A DNA stretch of 64,000 bases from Klebsiella phage 05F01. Each line of letters starts with the position of its first letter. Position 1 is the first letter of the stretch. Position numbers and translations under genes: made by a program. The notes beneath the pieces are model-generated. The model saw only the letters and a list, made by a program, of their open reading frames with translations, had not been told where the DNA came from and did no database searches. This document shows, piece after piece, positions 55,238-64,000 of the stretch. The stretch lies in sequence record LC483177.1. One strand, given 5' to 3'.

Positions 55238-55630
55238 TTAGGAAGTAGCTAGGATTTTAGCTGTCAGTTTCAGTCCACGTTCTTCAAGAGCAAGAACACC
55301 AGCATCGTCTACAGCATCACCTGAGCTATAAACACAAAGATAGCGGTTCAGAGTAACATCACGAACTGCTGCAACAGCAGTAAAGGTGTCGCCTACTGGA
55401 ACGTCATCAATAGAAAACATTGCATTAGTCCAAACCAGAACTTTGTCAGCATCGGCAGAAGATGCAGCTTCTACATTACTTGCGGAAAGAACACTTCCCA
55501 ATTTCATGGTTGCGGTTTTAACCAGATTAACTTCACGGAAGCTATGTCCAAGGTCAGTGCTAATAACACCACCAAGAACTAGATCGCTATAGAACTGGCG
55601 GTTTAATTCTTTAGAAAAATATGTTGCCAT
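55238..55630 (-). CDS. Head decoration protein (lambda gpD-like)
   Basis: 130 aa. DKVLVWTNAMF...DTFTAVAAVRDVTLNRYLCVYSSG parallels lambda D (KLVAWDGTT...STTLTFYKSGTF). Confidence 0.55.
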   Translation of the reverse strand: MATYFSKELNRQFYSDLVLGGVISTDLGHSFREVNLVKTATMKLGSVLSASNVEAASSADADKVLVWTNAMFSIDDVPVGDTFTAVAAVRDVTLNRYLCVYSSGDAVDDAGVLALEERGLKLTAKILATS

Positions 55631-55648
55631 TTATTTACAACTCCTTTA

Positions 55649-56743
55649 TTAGTTTTTACGGGCAGCTTTGATAGCAGCGGCACGTTGAGTTACCAGTTCG
55701 CTAGCACTTTTTGCTACTTCAACACCTGCTGCATCACTACCATGTTCTTTAGTGAATTCATTGCGCAGATCAGTAATAGTTTCGCCAGCTTTTTCAAAAG
55801 TCTTAACAATAAGATCTGCAACTTCTGAATCAGCCATAAGAGCTTTAACAATTTTTTCTACATTTGCTTCTTCAACAAACTCGAAAGATTTAACAACGAT
55901 TGTATAGTCTTCTTCAATACGTTTTTCTTGAGCTTTTTTCAGTTCTTCAAGAGCGTTATTAGCTTTAAGAATTTCTGCATCAGCGGATTCTTTGATTACG
56001 CTAACTTGTTCAGAAACAGCTTTAGTAATAAGAGCCTGAATATCTGCGGATTTAAGCAGTTCTTCTAGATTAATATTTTCCAAAGGTTTTTCTCCTTTAA
56101 TTGTTTCGTTTGTGTTTGCAGGGGCATTTTTTGTCACTGCTAGGGTGTCCTCTGCAATCACAGAGTTTTCTTCTTTATCAACGCCTTTAGCTTTGATTAG
56201 AAATTCTTTAACTGTTTCAGTTTTGAAAGATTTTTGAACCAAACTTTGTAGTGCTTCATCGACTAATTTATCGAAGAAATCTACAGAAACTAGTATCTCA
56301 CCATCAACAACCTGATATTCAGTCACTCTCACAACTGGAGTTGCAGTGTCTGCAATAGTAACTAATAAGTCGTTAATTTCAAATGTAGTTGAATATAGTC
56401 CATCATCAGTTGCGAATATTACGATACTGTTATCGAAGTCAATATCTACTAAATATACCCAATTCCAATCAATACTATATTTTTCATCTAATTTTTCAGA
56501 TACTAGATTAGATATCTGGCTCATATAAGATTTAGTTAGTTGAGTCACATCTTCTCCAAGTTCTGCTAGAGCCTTAATCGCACCCTTAGATGGAGTAGGC
56601 TTTACATTTGCTTTAAAAGCTAAAGCAGTATTATAACCAGAAGCTGCACCACCTTGTTCTTCAAAGGTGTATGCCAAATGTGCTCCCAGAGAGTCTTCTG
56701 TTTCTTCTGAAGAGAAATCAATATCACTTAAATATTTTGCCAC
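55649..56743 (-). CDS. Scaffolding protein
   Basis: 364 aa, acidic, with a coiled-coil C-terminus, between the portal/protease and decoration/capsid genes. Confidence 0.5.
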   Translation of the reverse strand: MAKYLSDIDFSSEETEDSLGAHLAYTFEEQGGAASGYNTALAFKANVKPTPSKGAIKALAELGEDVTQLTKSYMSQISNLVSEKLDEKYSIDWNWVYLVDIDFDNSIVIFATDDGLYSTTFEINDLLVTIADTATPVVRVTEYQVVDGEILVSVDFFDKLVDEALQSLVQKSFKTETVKEFLIKAKGVDKEENSVIAEDTLAVTKNAPANTNETIKGEKPLENINLEELLKSADIQALITKAVSEQVSVIKESADAEILKANNALEELKKAQEKRIEEDYTIVVKSFEFVEEANVEKIVKALMADSEVADLIVKTFEKAGETITDLRNEFTKEHGSDAAGVEVAKSASELVTQRAAAIKAARKN

Positions 56744-56754
56744 AAGTTGCTCCG

Positions 56755-57231
56755 TTATTTTTCTTCAGTTCTTGCCATGCAACCAATGCTCACACCAAGT
56801 AATTTACCTGATTTTCTTGCTTGATATAATTCTGCATCATAAAACTGAACTTTAACTAAAGGTGTTCCTTCTACGACAAATTCTTCACCAATATAACAAT
56901 CTGTTTCATTAACCCAAGCTTTCATAGGTTTGAACTTATCTGTATTTTGGAGATGACCAAGATTGCCTTTGATGTTATTTATATTGTCGTTGAAGTTGTC
57001 TACCATTTTTCTAATTTCGATTTCAGACATACGTTCACCGTGCAAGTCATCCTTTTCTGGAGGACAATATAGCACTTCTATTACTTGCATTTTTTCTTCG
57101 TCGAATTGATTTTTCTTGACAACTTGAGGAGTTGGTGTAGGATCTTCAGAGTGGGGATCTATTTCACTTTTACCTTTGAAAGACGAGAATGTCTTAAAGA
57201 GGTCCCATAAGCTGTCCTTGTTTATTTCCAA
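56755..57231 (-). CDS. Putative prohead protease / head maturation protein
   Basis: 158-aa ORF between the portal and scaffold genes. Assigned by position only. Confidence 0.3.
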   Translation of the reverse strand: MEINKDSLWDLFKTFSSFKGKSEIDPHSEDPTPTPQVVKKNQFDEEKMQVIEVLYCPPEKDDLHGERMSEIEIRKMVDNFNDNINNIKGNLGHLQNTDKFKPMKAWVNETDCYIGEEFVVEGTPLVKVQFYDAELYQARKSGKLLGVSIGCMARTEEK

Positions 57232-57309
57232 GGTTGCCTCCGTTTAAGAGTGAATACCCTATAGATGTTATTCTATAGGATATTTTAGTTTTTGTCAAGT
57301 AATTATTTG

Positions 57310-58887
57310 TTAATTAGCTAAATTTGAAACAGAAGTGTCTGTAGATGACACAGAAGTAGAAGTTCCGTTACCAGAAGTTCCTTGTGCCATTCCGTCACCA
57401 GACCTTGAAGTTGAGTTTGGTAAATAATTATCACAGAACTCTTTAAATTTAACAGGGTCTGAAACTATATCTTCAGGAAGTCTATATTTCATATTTAGCA
57501 TCTCAAAGAACTCATTGAGTATCTCTGGTGTTAGAGGAATTGCACCCGCTGCTACCACACGTTGGATAGCTGATGAGTTTGTATCAACATCAGGGTCACC
57601 AATATCTTGACTAGCAAATTTAGGTATGTCTGCATCATCAAGAGAGAATCCATTAATTCTTAAAAGTTGTGGTATGATTTGAGTATTAATCATCTCAATA
57701 ATAATATTAACATCTCTCTCTATGTAATGAGAAAGTAATGTTTGTTTATTATCTGAAAGTGAGTAACTACCCCCTTCATTACCCATAATAAGAACACCAG
57801 CACCAAATCTATTAAATATATCCAGTTGTCTTTGCTTTATTAGGACATTAGTATCAAACTGCTTACCATTACCTTCAACACCTTGGAATGTCAATTCATA
57901 TTGCTGCATACTCGTATTTTCATACAAGTCAGATGGCATCACCATATATTGCTGTTCACCTGCATGGAGGTTGGCAATATTTTGTTGTAATATTAAAAGA
58001 GATTGTGCTTCTTCTCCACCAGGGTCTAAAGCTGCCCTATTAAGAATAGTTGATGGAACTTTTAATACTGGCATACCACCTAAATCTTTAGAGACACCAA
58101 CAACTTCATATTCCTGAATAAGACTTTTTTCTCTCCAGCTTCTATACACGGCTGCAAGAGGACTTTCACCTAATGGATTTCCTTCTGTAATGTTATTACC
58201 TACCAAGATCATTTTAGACATTGGGATGTTTTTAACACCAGATGATTGTGGTGAGAAAAATCTACTATTTAAAGATTTAACTATATTCTGATTAACAGAT
58301 AATATTTCCCTTCCATCATCAGAAAAGACAAAAGGGTTAGTTATATCAAGTGTATCTTGTGGACGTGCTGCCAGCTTCTGTAATCTGTAGTATCCATAAT
58401 AAGGACTAGATGGATTAGTATCTTGCTGATAAACTTTTTCTGCTAAAGCAAAACCGAATTGCTTATATGAAAGTAGAGACCTGATATACTGTCTCAGTGG
58501 TGCTTCCATATTTCTTAATGTGTAATCTACAAATTTTGCTGCTTTCTTTGATTTTGCAGATTTTGTGTTATAGTTGATTGTGAAATCAAAAAACGCTCTA
58601 TCTACAAACGTGTATGTGGCATCTAATGCTGTTGCTACATCAGGGTCATAACCCATTTCTTTATATGTTCGGATACACTCTGGAAATCTTAGCTCATAAT
58701 TTTGAAGAAAGTTAGTAAATAGCTGTATGGAGTTAAGACCTAATGTGCCTATCTCTTTAGAGATTACTAATCTGGCCTCTTGAGTGTCAACTGGAGCAGC
58801 GGGACTTGCCGCTTTACTAACATTCTTATTCCAGTATTCCGAGCGTTTAGTATACTTTCTTTTCAACGGCTCCTCCAGAATAAACAA
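57310..58887 (-). CDS. Portal protein
   Basis: 525 aa, immediately downstream of the large terminase. Confidence 0.6.
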   Translation of the reverse strand: MFILEEPLKRKYTKRSEYWNKNVSKAASPAAPVDTQEARLVISKEIGTLGLNSIQLFTNFLQNYELRFPECIRTYKEMGYDPDVATALDATYTFVDRAFFDFTINYNTKSAKSKKAAKFVDYTLRNMEAPLRQYIRSLLSYKQFGFALAEKVYQQDTNPSSPYYGYYRLQKLAARPQDTLDITNPFVFSDDGREILSVNQNIVKSLNSRFFSPQSSGVKNIPMSKMILVGNNITEGNPLGESPLAAVYRSWREKSLIQEYEVVGVSKDLGGMPVLKVPSTILNRAALDPGGEEAQSLLILQQNIANLHAGEQQYMVMPSDLYENTSMQQYELTFQGVEGNGKQFDTNVLIKQRQLDIFNRFGAGVLIMGNEGGSYSLSDNKQTLLSHYIERDVNIIIEMINTQIIPQLLRINGFSLDDADIPKFASQDIGDPDVDTNSSAIQRVVAAGAIPLTPEILNEFFEMLNMKYRLPEDIVSDPVKFKEFCDNYLPNSTSRSGDGMAQGTSGNGTSTSVSSTDTSVSNLAN

Positions 58888-58951
58888 AATGGGGGAATGT
58901 TAATCCCCCAATATGATTAATATTAACATGTATATCTTTTTTTGTCAATAC

Positions 58952-61051
58952 CTACCGCTTATTGAACCTTGGGATTTTAGATAATGGCCTCTTATTTGTC
59001 AGTCCATAACTTGATGCCTTAGTTCTACTTGAAATAGCTGATGGTATTGCTACAGCAGTAAATATCTGCTCTTGTTGGATTGTATTAAAAGCAGATGCAC
59101 AAGCATCTGGAATATCATCCTTAACAGTTGCTGTTGATCTCTCACCATTGAATACTTCAAGTTCACGATAGAAATGGTCTAATGTTTCTTGATTAGGGAA
59201 TGAATCCTCTACTATATAAACAAAACCGTTTTGACATGCACTACTAAAAGGGGTGAACTTTTGTAGTTTTTTCTTATTGCCGGGCATTGCATCAGACTTC
59301 ACAGCAAGTCCATTTGAAATAAGTTTTTTAGCAGACTCTTGATACTCTACAGCACCTGCTGCTGATGGATCTTTTGGTAACACTACCGTGATATTAATAT
59401 TATGTTCTTCATTATCGTAAAGAGATTGTTTCAATATCATTGTATCCCTTTCTCCGGGTAGTCTTCTAAATCTTCCATAGATTTTAGACTTCTCATCTAT
59501 AGAATCAAGAATATAGTCACCGAAAATATAGATATTACCATTAGAATCTTTAGCCATTTTAATAGATACTGTATAGTCAGGGTATTTATATTTTTCAGTG
59601 GGGATAGATGCAGCTTTATCCCATGCCCTTACATACTTCATGTTCTTTGGTATTTTATCATATGTGATTTTATTTAGCCATTCTCTTTGAAAATAGCTAG
59701 ATGCTTGTTCACGTGCATACCAACAACCATCCAAAAGTCTTTCTCTGTTAACTTTTGTTTGTGCTTTAAGAGATGCAAGATACCCTGGATTGAGCCTAAT
59801 AAGCGCCGGGTTATCAAATATTGTTCCACCTATAAACATAAACGTCTTAGGTTTAATTTTAACCATCTCATCTGTGTTTGGATTATACTGTTCACAGAGA
59901 TCAGGATATTTTTCTTCCAACTCTTCTGCTGAATCTGAGAAAACAGGTTCATTATTATTAATCAGAAAATATAATTGCTTTCCACACATCTCATCTGTTG
60001 GAAAACCTTTATCATCTAAATAAGGTATTACCCACTGTAAAACCCAGCTATCAGCATCAGGGTTACATGTAGATAGGCAGAAGCTTTCTGTTTCTGATTC
60101 AGAACGTAAACGTCCTATTAGATAGAGAAATTGGGTGATACTGAAATGTGTAAGTTCGTCAAATCCTACCATGGAGTACTGTGTACCTTGGTGGTTTGCC
60201 TCTGCTGTTGATTCAAGCTCAAGATGGTCAAACTTTAATTTTCCACCAGTTGTAGCTTGAAACTCAATTTCCATCACAGTTTCTCTTACAATAGGTCTTA
60301 ATGGAGCATATAATTTCTTGGCTTCTGTAAATAATCCACCTGCACTTCTGTGTGCCTTAGTTGTTCTTCTAAAAAGAACTCCATCAAAAAGGGGGTCTTT
60401 GTGAGCAAATTTTAATGCTTTTAATAACAATAATCTACTTTTACCACTATTACCTGTTACAAAGGTATGCCCACCTCTTCTTAAAATAAGATAAGATGAA
60501 GGAGTTTCAAAGCAATACTTATACCCATCTGTTGGAACTGTCTCAAATATTTTAAGGTATGTATTCTCTTTACCTAAGATATTGAATGGAATTCTCTTAC
60601 CATAGTAAGTTTCTACATATCCTCTTAAAGGGTGTCCTGCCTGTTGAAGAGCGATAAGGTCACCTACAGCTATCTCAAAATGTTTTTTTGATTTTTTCTT
60701 TTTATAAAAGACAAATCTATGCTCCATACTAAGCTCTTGAAATATCCCTGAAGCATTCTCTATGCGATATAGATTATCTTTTGTCTCTATCTCATCAAAG
60801 TAAGGGGTAATCTTTTCTATTTTTTTATTATCTGGATTATACTGATAGATATCCTCACCAGAATAATCTTTAATTTTTCTCCAACCAAATTCAGATAGAT
60901 ATTCAGTTTCAGCACTGACACAACCAGCAGCACCTCCATAAATCATTACATCTGGCATACTATCCATTGCAATAGTTTGTTTTCCTGGCTGTGCTTCTAT
61001 TTTAAATACTGTATTTTTTAAATCATTCTTTGCTTGCTTTCTAGGTGCCAC
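58952..61051 (-). CDS. Terminase large subunit with a mini-intein inserted in the Walker A motif
   Basis: GTG start after AGGAGA. The Walker A is split as IYGGAAG | C...N | SGKSRLLLL. The 158-aa insert starts CVSAETEY, has block B LSMEHRF (TxxH) and ends HTFVTGN before the +1 Ser. Confidence 0.8.
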   Translation of the reverse strand: MAPRKQAKNDLKNTVFKIEAQPGKQTIAMDSMPDVMIYGGAAGCVSAETEYLSEFGWRKIKDYSGEDIYQYNPDNKKIEKITPYFDEIETKDNLYRIENASGIFQELSMEHRFVFYKKKKSKKHFEIAVGDLIALQQAGHPLRGYVETYYGKRIPFNILGKENTYLKIFETVPTDGYKYCFETPSSYLILRRGGHTFVTGNSGKSRLLLLKALKFAHKDPLFDGVLFRRTTKAHRSAGGLFTEAKKLYAPLRPIVRETVMEIEFQATTGGKLKFDHLELESTAEANHQGTQYSMVGFDELTHFSITQFLYLIGRLRSESETESFCLSTCNPDADSWVLQWVIPYLDDKGFPTDEMCGKQLYFLINNNEPVFSDSAEELEEKYPDLCEQYNPNTDEMVKIKPKTFMFIGGTIFDNPALIRLNPGYLASLKAQTKVNRERLLDGCWYAREQASSYFQREWLNKITYDKIPKNMKYVRAWDKAASIPTEKYKYPDYTVSIKMAKDSNGNIYIFGDYILDSIDEKSKIYGRFRRLPGERDTMILKQSLYDNEEHNINITVVLPKDPSAAGAVEYQESAKKLISNGLAVKSDAMPGNKKKLQKFTPFSSACQNGFVYIVEDSFPNQETLDHFYRELEVFNGERSTATVKDDIPDACASAFNTIQQEQIFTAVAIPSAISSRTKASSYGLTNKRPLSKIPRFNKR
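60449..60922 (-). mobile_element. Mini-intein (about 158 aa, no homing endonuclease domain) within the terminase large subunit
   Basis: Its removal regenerates a canonical terminase P-loop GGAAGSGKS. The N-terminal residue is Cys and the C-terminal residues are G-N followed by a Ser nucleophile. Blocks A and B are recognisable. Confidence 0.7.
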
Positions 61052-61059
61052 ATAATCTC

Positions 61060-61392
61060 CTATTTACTTATAATGTTTTTATCTTTTAATAATTTTATGT
61101 AGTCTTGTAATGTTTTTAATCTGTTACGATCATTTTCCCAAAGAGCATTATTCAATGTTTGATTTTTAACTACATCAGAAACACTTACACCATGTCTGAT
61201 TTGTGACTCTGTATATAAAATTGGCGTTGATATTGTATCTAGATCAGACTGATCTGGGGACTTAATATCCTCTGTAGCTACAACTTTACATTGCTCAGTT
61301 ACTATTGGGGAAACTTTCGTTGATGATGCGCAGCCCACTACTGTCAGACTTAAAGCAAGTAGAAATACCTTCAGAACTTTTTTCATAGTCAC
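61060..61392 (-). CDS. Outer-membrane spanin lipoprotein (o-spanin, Rz1-like)
   Basis: Lipobox LTVVGC after a signal peptide. The gene start is embedded in the 3' end of the upstream i-spanin gene in a different frame. Confidence 0.6.
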   Translation of the reverse strand: MTMKKVLKVFLLALSLTVVGCASSTKVSPIVTEQCKVVATEDIKSPDQSDLDTISTPILYTESQIRHGVSVSDVVKNQTLNNALWENDRNRLKTLQDYIKLLKDKNIISK

Positions 61393-61729
61393 TAACCTTT
61401 TTATTGATATTAGTTTGTTTCTTATTTAATTCATTTTGTAATTTTGTGTTTGATTTTTTTAGATCACTTATCTGGGAATTCAATGCTAAACGTTCTGAAT
61501 CTGCCTCTTTCTGTTTCTGATCTAAGTAATCTATAACTTCTTTTTGTTTATTGTTAAATACTTCTGTTTGGTGTACAATACCTGCATCATATCCATTAGC
61601 GTATATTTTATTGTATCCCCAATAACCACCAAATGAAATAGCTGCAATAATGGCTATAACTATTGCCGTTGTCCTAATGGAGCTATTCTCCTTCAGGAGG
61701 TTGTAAACTGACAGTATCATTGTCAACAT
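61295..61729 (-). CDS. Inner-membrane spanin (i-spanin, Rz-like)
   Basis: N-terminal TM TTAIVIAIIAAISFGGYWGY followed by a coiled-coil periplasmic domain. It overlaps the o-spanin gene. Confidence 0.55.
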   Translation of the reverse strand: MLTMILSVYNLLKENSSIRTTAIVIAIIAAISFGGYWGYNKIYANGYDAGIVHQTEVFNNKQKEVIDYLDQKQKEADSERLALNSQISDLKKSNTKLQNELNKKQTNINKKVSDYEKSSEGISTCFKSDSSGLRIINESFPNSN

Positions 61730-61844
61730 CTTCTGTCTCCAAGTTATCTAAGTAATCTTCTTTCCATTGACGAGAATAATCATTTTTCTTGTCACGATGA
61801 ACAGAACTTCTGTTGTAGTCATTCTTTATTACAAAATTTCTCAT
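61683..61844 (-). CDS. Hypothetical small charged protein (53 aa), not in the ORF track
   Basis: Strong RBS GGAGGGTAT before the ATG. It overlaps the i-spanin start. Confidence 0.25.
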   Translation of the reverse strand: MRNFVIKNDYNRSSVHRDKKNDYSRQWKEDYLDNLETEDVDNDTVSLQPPEGE

Positions 61845-61943
61845 ATACCCTCCAAATAAAAATACCCCTCACCAATGACGGATAAGGGGCTAGTAATGAT
61901 ACCAAAAATAAGACAGGACGAACAGTCCAAAGAGGAGAGAAAT

Positions 61944-62237
61944 TTAGATGCGAATTTCTTTTGGTAATGAATCTTCTTCAACTTCCACTTCTGCGGGTTC
62001 AAGTGATTCATAATATTCTTCTAGCCAGTCTTCAACTTGTTCTTTGACAAATTTAGAAGCAGCAAGACGGGTGGTTTGTGATGCAGTCTTATCCGTTACT
62101 AAGTTTGCAATATACTCCATAGCTTTAGGATAAGTATCAGCGAACTTCTCCTTAACACCTGCTAAACTATCTTCCATAGCATAGATATGCTGCATTTCTT
62201 TTGGTGGTCTTCCTCGACCGCGTTTTAATTTCTTCAT
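61944..62237 (-). CDS. AT-hook DNA-binding protein with an acidic C-terminus
   Basis: The N-terminus MKKLKRGRGRPPKE contains the AT-hook core GRP flanked by basic residues. The C-terminus EEYYESLEPAEVEVEEDSLP is acidic. Confidence 0.5.
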   Translation of the reverse strand: MKKLKRGRGRPPKEMQHIYAMEDSLAGVKEKFADTYPKAMEYIANLVTDKTASQTTRLAASKFVKEQVEDWLEEYYESLEPAEVEVEEDSLPKEIRI

Positions 62238-62288
62238 ATTTACCTACCAATAAATATCCATTATCAATGTATAATGTCCCTAATATTT

Positions 62289-62317
62289 ATATTATCATTA
62301 ATTAATAGATAAATCAA
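62289..62317 (-). promoter_or_regulatory. Sigma70-like promoter on the minus strand (TTGATT-17-TAATAT)
   Basis: Located between the terminator hairpin and the AT-hook gene. Confidence 0.4.
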
Positions 62318-62321
62318 GTTA

Positions 62322-62371
62322 AATTTTTTAACATAAAACAAAAAGCCCCTCAAGAATTCTTGAAGGGCTTT
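62322..62371 (-). terminator. Long palindromic hairpin terminator (AAGCCCCTCAAGAATTCTTGAAGGGCTT plus T-run on the minus strand)
   Basis: A 13-bp arm palindrome centred on GAATTC, followed on the minus strand by TTTTGTTTTATGTT. Confidence 0.6.
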
Positions 62372-62453
62372 AAATAAATGCGTTACAGTCGCATCCCTGA
62401 AACTCTTCGAAGGAACTAGGCATGTTTCTTTGAAGATACCGCTGGCGCGGAAT

Positions 62454-63293
62454 TTATGATTCAACTATAGGAGTTCCAGCCTCTAGCCAATATAATTTAA
62501 ATACTACTCTATTCTGATTTCCTGATGTATTTATTAAGTTTATTTGAAAATTTGAATTTTTATTAAATATAGAATAACCTTGAACTCTTGAAGATGTTGA
62601 CGCTGTTCTTTGTGAAGGATTACTACCACTAAGTGGAACATATAGTAATATATCCTCCAAAGTTCCAATCGTTGTTGGCTCTGATGTTAATGAGTTTATG
62701 GTTAAAGAAGAGCTACCATAAAACTTATTCATGGACTTTATAGGATAGGTATTCTGGTTAGTCATACCTGATGAATTAACATAGAGTTTGGATTCAAATC
62801 CTGTTAAGGCAGGTGTTATTTCTAAATTTACTACTGCTATTTCTTTATCAATAGGAGTTAAAAAATTAAACCATTTTGTTTCAGCGGGCGCTAAGTTTAT
62901 ATCTATTAGTGAGTAAAAGACCCTTCCCTCTATTGAAGCTGCTTCAACTTGAGTCAGTGATTGGGATAGAACCCTTGGGTCTGACAATCTATCTATTTTT
63001 CTTAGAGAGACCCTAATATCACTAGCATCTGCTATTCTAATAGATATCTTAGCTAATTGATTACCATCCGATAGTAATCTAACTGAAGTTAAATTCTTCT
63101 GTATAAAGAATTCTTCATTTGGCTGTATAATAGGGCAGAATTTCATTTCTGATAATGACTCATCATTAATAGAAATCCTGACAGGTATCGATGATATATT
63201 TTCTATAACGTAATTGTTTTTTCTATCAACATTCTCTATATCATAAAATGACATCCAGGATGTATTTGGTATATTTCCAGATATAATCTTCAT
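62454..63293 (-). CDS. Hypothetical protein
   Basis: 279-aa ORF upstream of the terminator. Confidence 0.45.
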   Translation of the reverse strand: MKIISGNIPNTSWMSFYDIENVDRKNNYVIENISSIPVRISINDESLSEMKFCPIIQPNEEFFIQKNLTSVRLLSDGNQLAKISIRIADASDIRVSLRKIDRLSDPRVLSQSLTQVEAASIEGRVFYSLIDINLAPAETKWFNFLTPIDKEIAVVNLEITPALTGFESKLYVNSSGMTNQNTYPIKSMNKFYGSSSLTINSLTSEPTTIGTLEDILLYVPLSGSNPSQRTASTSSRVQGYSIFNKNSNFQINLINTSGNQNRVVFKLYWLEAGTPIVES

Positions 63294-63371
63294 AAATTAA
63301 CCTATATATAGTTTCACTATATTAATAGTATCATAAAAAATCTTAATTTAATTTAAGATTAATCTCAATTT

Positions 63372-63560
63372 CTACCCGTAATATACTGAAACTGTTTTAC
63401 CATTCTGATTCATTACATATGCAACTTCATTTTCTTTTAGAAAGATATTACGCTCTAAACCTGACACAGATATGCTTTTTTGTTTTGGATTAAATCCTAC
63501 ACTCGCCCCATCATGTATCTCTTCACCGCCATTTGGTGACATTACTTTAACTGTTAACAT
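63372..63560 (-). CDS. Hypothetical small protein
   Basis: 62-aa ORF. Confidence 0.35.
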   Translation of the reverse strand: MLTVKVMSPNGGEEIHDGASVGFNPKQKSISVSGLERNIFLKENEVAYVMNQNGKTVSVYYG

Positions 63561-63817
63561 TTGCTGCTCCTATATTTTACCATCTCTGGTAATGAAGATT
63601 ACGTCCTATCTTTAATAAAGTCGAGTTCTCAGCAGACGTAGGCACCTAAGACTACATAGGCTCTATTAAAGTGTGCTAGGCTCACCCCACCCACTAAGTG
63701 ATCTTTGGTGGGCTACGCTACATAAATGTTTCATCTCATCTCAGAGAATCATCAGGCGTATTAATTGATCACCCCGGATACCTACTTGCCTAGCATGGTA
63801 TCGTATGCTCTTTAAAA

Positions 63818-63893
63818 TGGTGGGGCCAGATGGATTCGAACCACCGACACCCTGATCTTCAATCAGGTGCTCTACCAACTGAGCTATAACCCC
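63818..63893 (-). tRNA. tRNA-Phe (anticodon GAA), 76 nt with encoded CCA
   Basis: Minus-strand sequence GGGGTTATAGCTCAGTTGGTAGAGCACCTGATTGAAGATCAGGGTGTCGGTGGTTCGAATCCATCTGGCCCCACCA. It has a 7-bp acceptor stem, a D-arm GCTC/GAGC, an anticodon loop TTGAAGA and a T-arm GGTGG-TTCGAAT-CCATC. Confidence 0.85.
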
Positions 63894-64000
63894 TAGATAG
63901 TCAGAAACTTGCGTTACTCCAGGATCGGAATCCACATTAAGTACGCCTACTTAACCCTACTCACATTCAACCAGAGTCTGACTATTTTTATGGTGGGCAA

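Noticed and set aside
54185-56743. Elevated GC in the capsid/decoration/scaffold genes as evidence of horizontal transfer
   Set aside because: These are the most highly expressed virion genes. The skew is consistent with codon optimisation rather than foreign origin, unlike the small Ea22-like early gene.
62264-62464. Minus-strand 66-aa ORF
   Set aside because: It contains the long palindromic terminator hairpin and AT-rich promoter region, has no RBS and is low complexity. It is most likely non-coding.
63600-63790. Second tRNA between tRNA-Phe and the 62-aa gene (a GTAGCCCACCA-like 3' end at about 63705)
   Set aside because: No matching acceptor 5' strand or T-arm and D-arm could be folded. 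It is at best a degenerate tRNA remnant.
63818-63893. tRNA as a prophage attachment site or integration boundary
   Set aside because: No integrase, excisionase or repressor genes appear nearby. The gene content is that of a virulent phage, so the tRNA is interpreted as a phage-encoded tRNA.
63741-63935. Plus-strand 64-aa ORF in the track
   Set aside because: It overlaps the tRNA-Phe gene on the opposite strand almost entirely. It is a translation artefact of a GC-rich tRNA sequence.
1-64000. CRISPR arrays or other long direct-repeat arrays
   Set aside because: No regularly spaced direct repeats were seen. The only tandem repeat is the coding AGT/TGT tract at 1176-1261.

Overview
This 64 kb window is AT-rich (about 35% GC) and looks like part of the genome of a large virulent, contractile-tailed phage (myovirus) of an enterobacterial host. 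NrdD and NrdG are very close to the E. coli proteins, and a GC-rich Ead/Ea22-like gene points to a lambdoid prophage source. Positions 1-32550 form a plus-strand early/DNA-metabolism module. It encodes anaerobic ribonucleotide reductase NrdD/NrdG, a T7-like primase-helicase, a family A DNA polymerase, an SSB with a bacterial-type DDDIPF tail, an N6-adenine methyltransferase, three glycosyltransferases, a SleB-like hydrolase and a LysM protein. Sigma70-like promoters (TTGACA-N17-TAAGAT type) are often paired with GC-stem rho-independent terminators. Positions 32583-63560 form a minus-strand virion module. It runs from an AT-hook protein and an overlapping i-/o-spanin pair through a large terminase carrying a mini-intein in its Walker A motif, portal, scaffold, lambda gpD-like decoration protein and lambda gpE-like major capsid protein. 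It continues with tail sheath, tube, a chaperone with a -1 frameshift, tape measure, a Mu/P2-like baseplate with an HxH spike, and several fibers plus two beta-helix tailspikes. A tRNA-Phe at the right edge suggests a tRNA cluster beyond the window. The most unusual content sits in the early region. It includes a WGR-PARP-like ADP-ribosyltransferase together with a macro (possibly PARG-like) domain gene. It also includes a dispersed Ter-type tellurite-resistance/stress-response gene set: TerD, a vWA TerY/TerF-like protein, a TelA-like protein, a TerC-like membrane protein, and an adjacent HAD phosphatase and type-I PRTase. Alongside these are a GHKL ATPase, a SprT-like protease, an RlmN/Cfr-like radical-SAM enzyme and a minimal CCA-enzyme-like nucleotidyltransferase.
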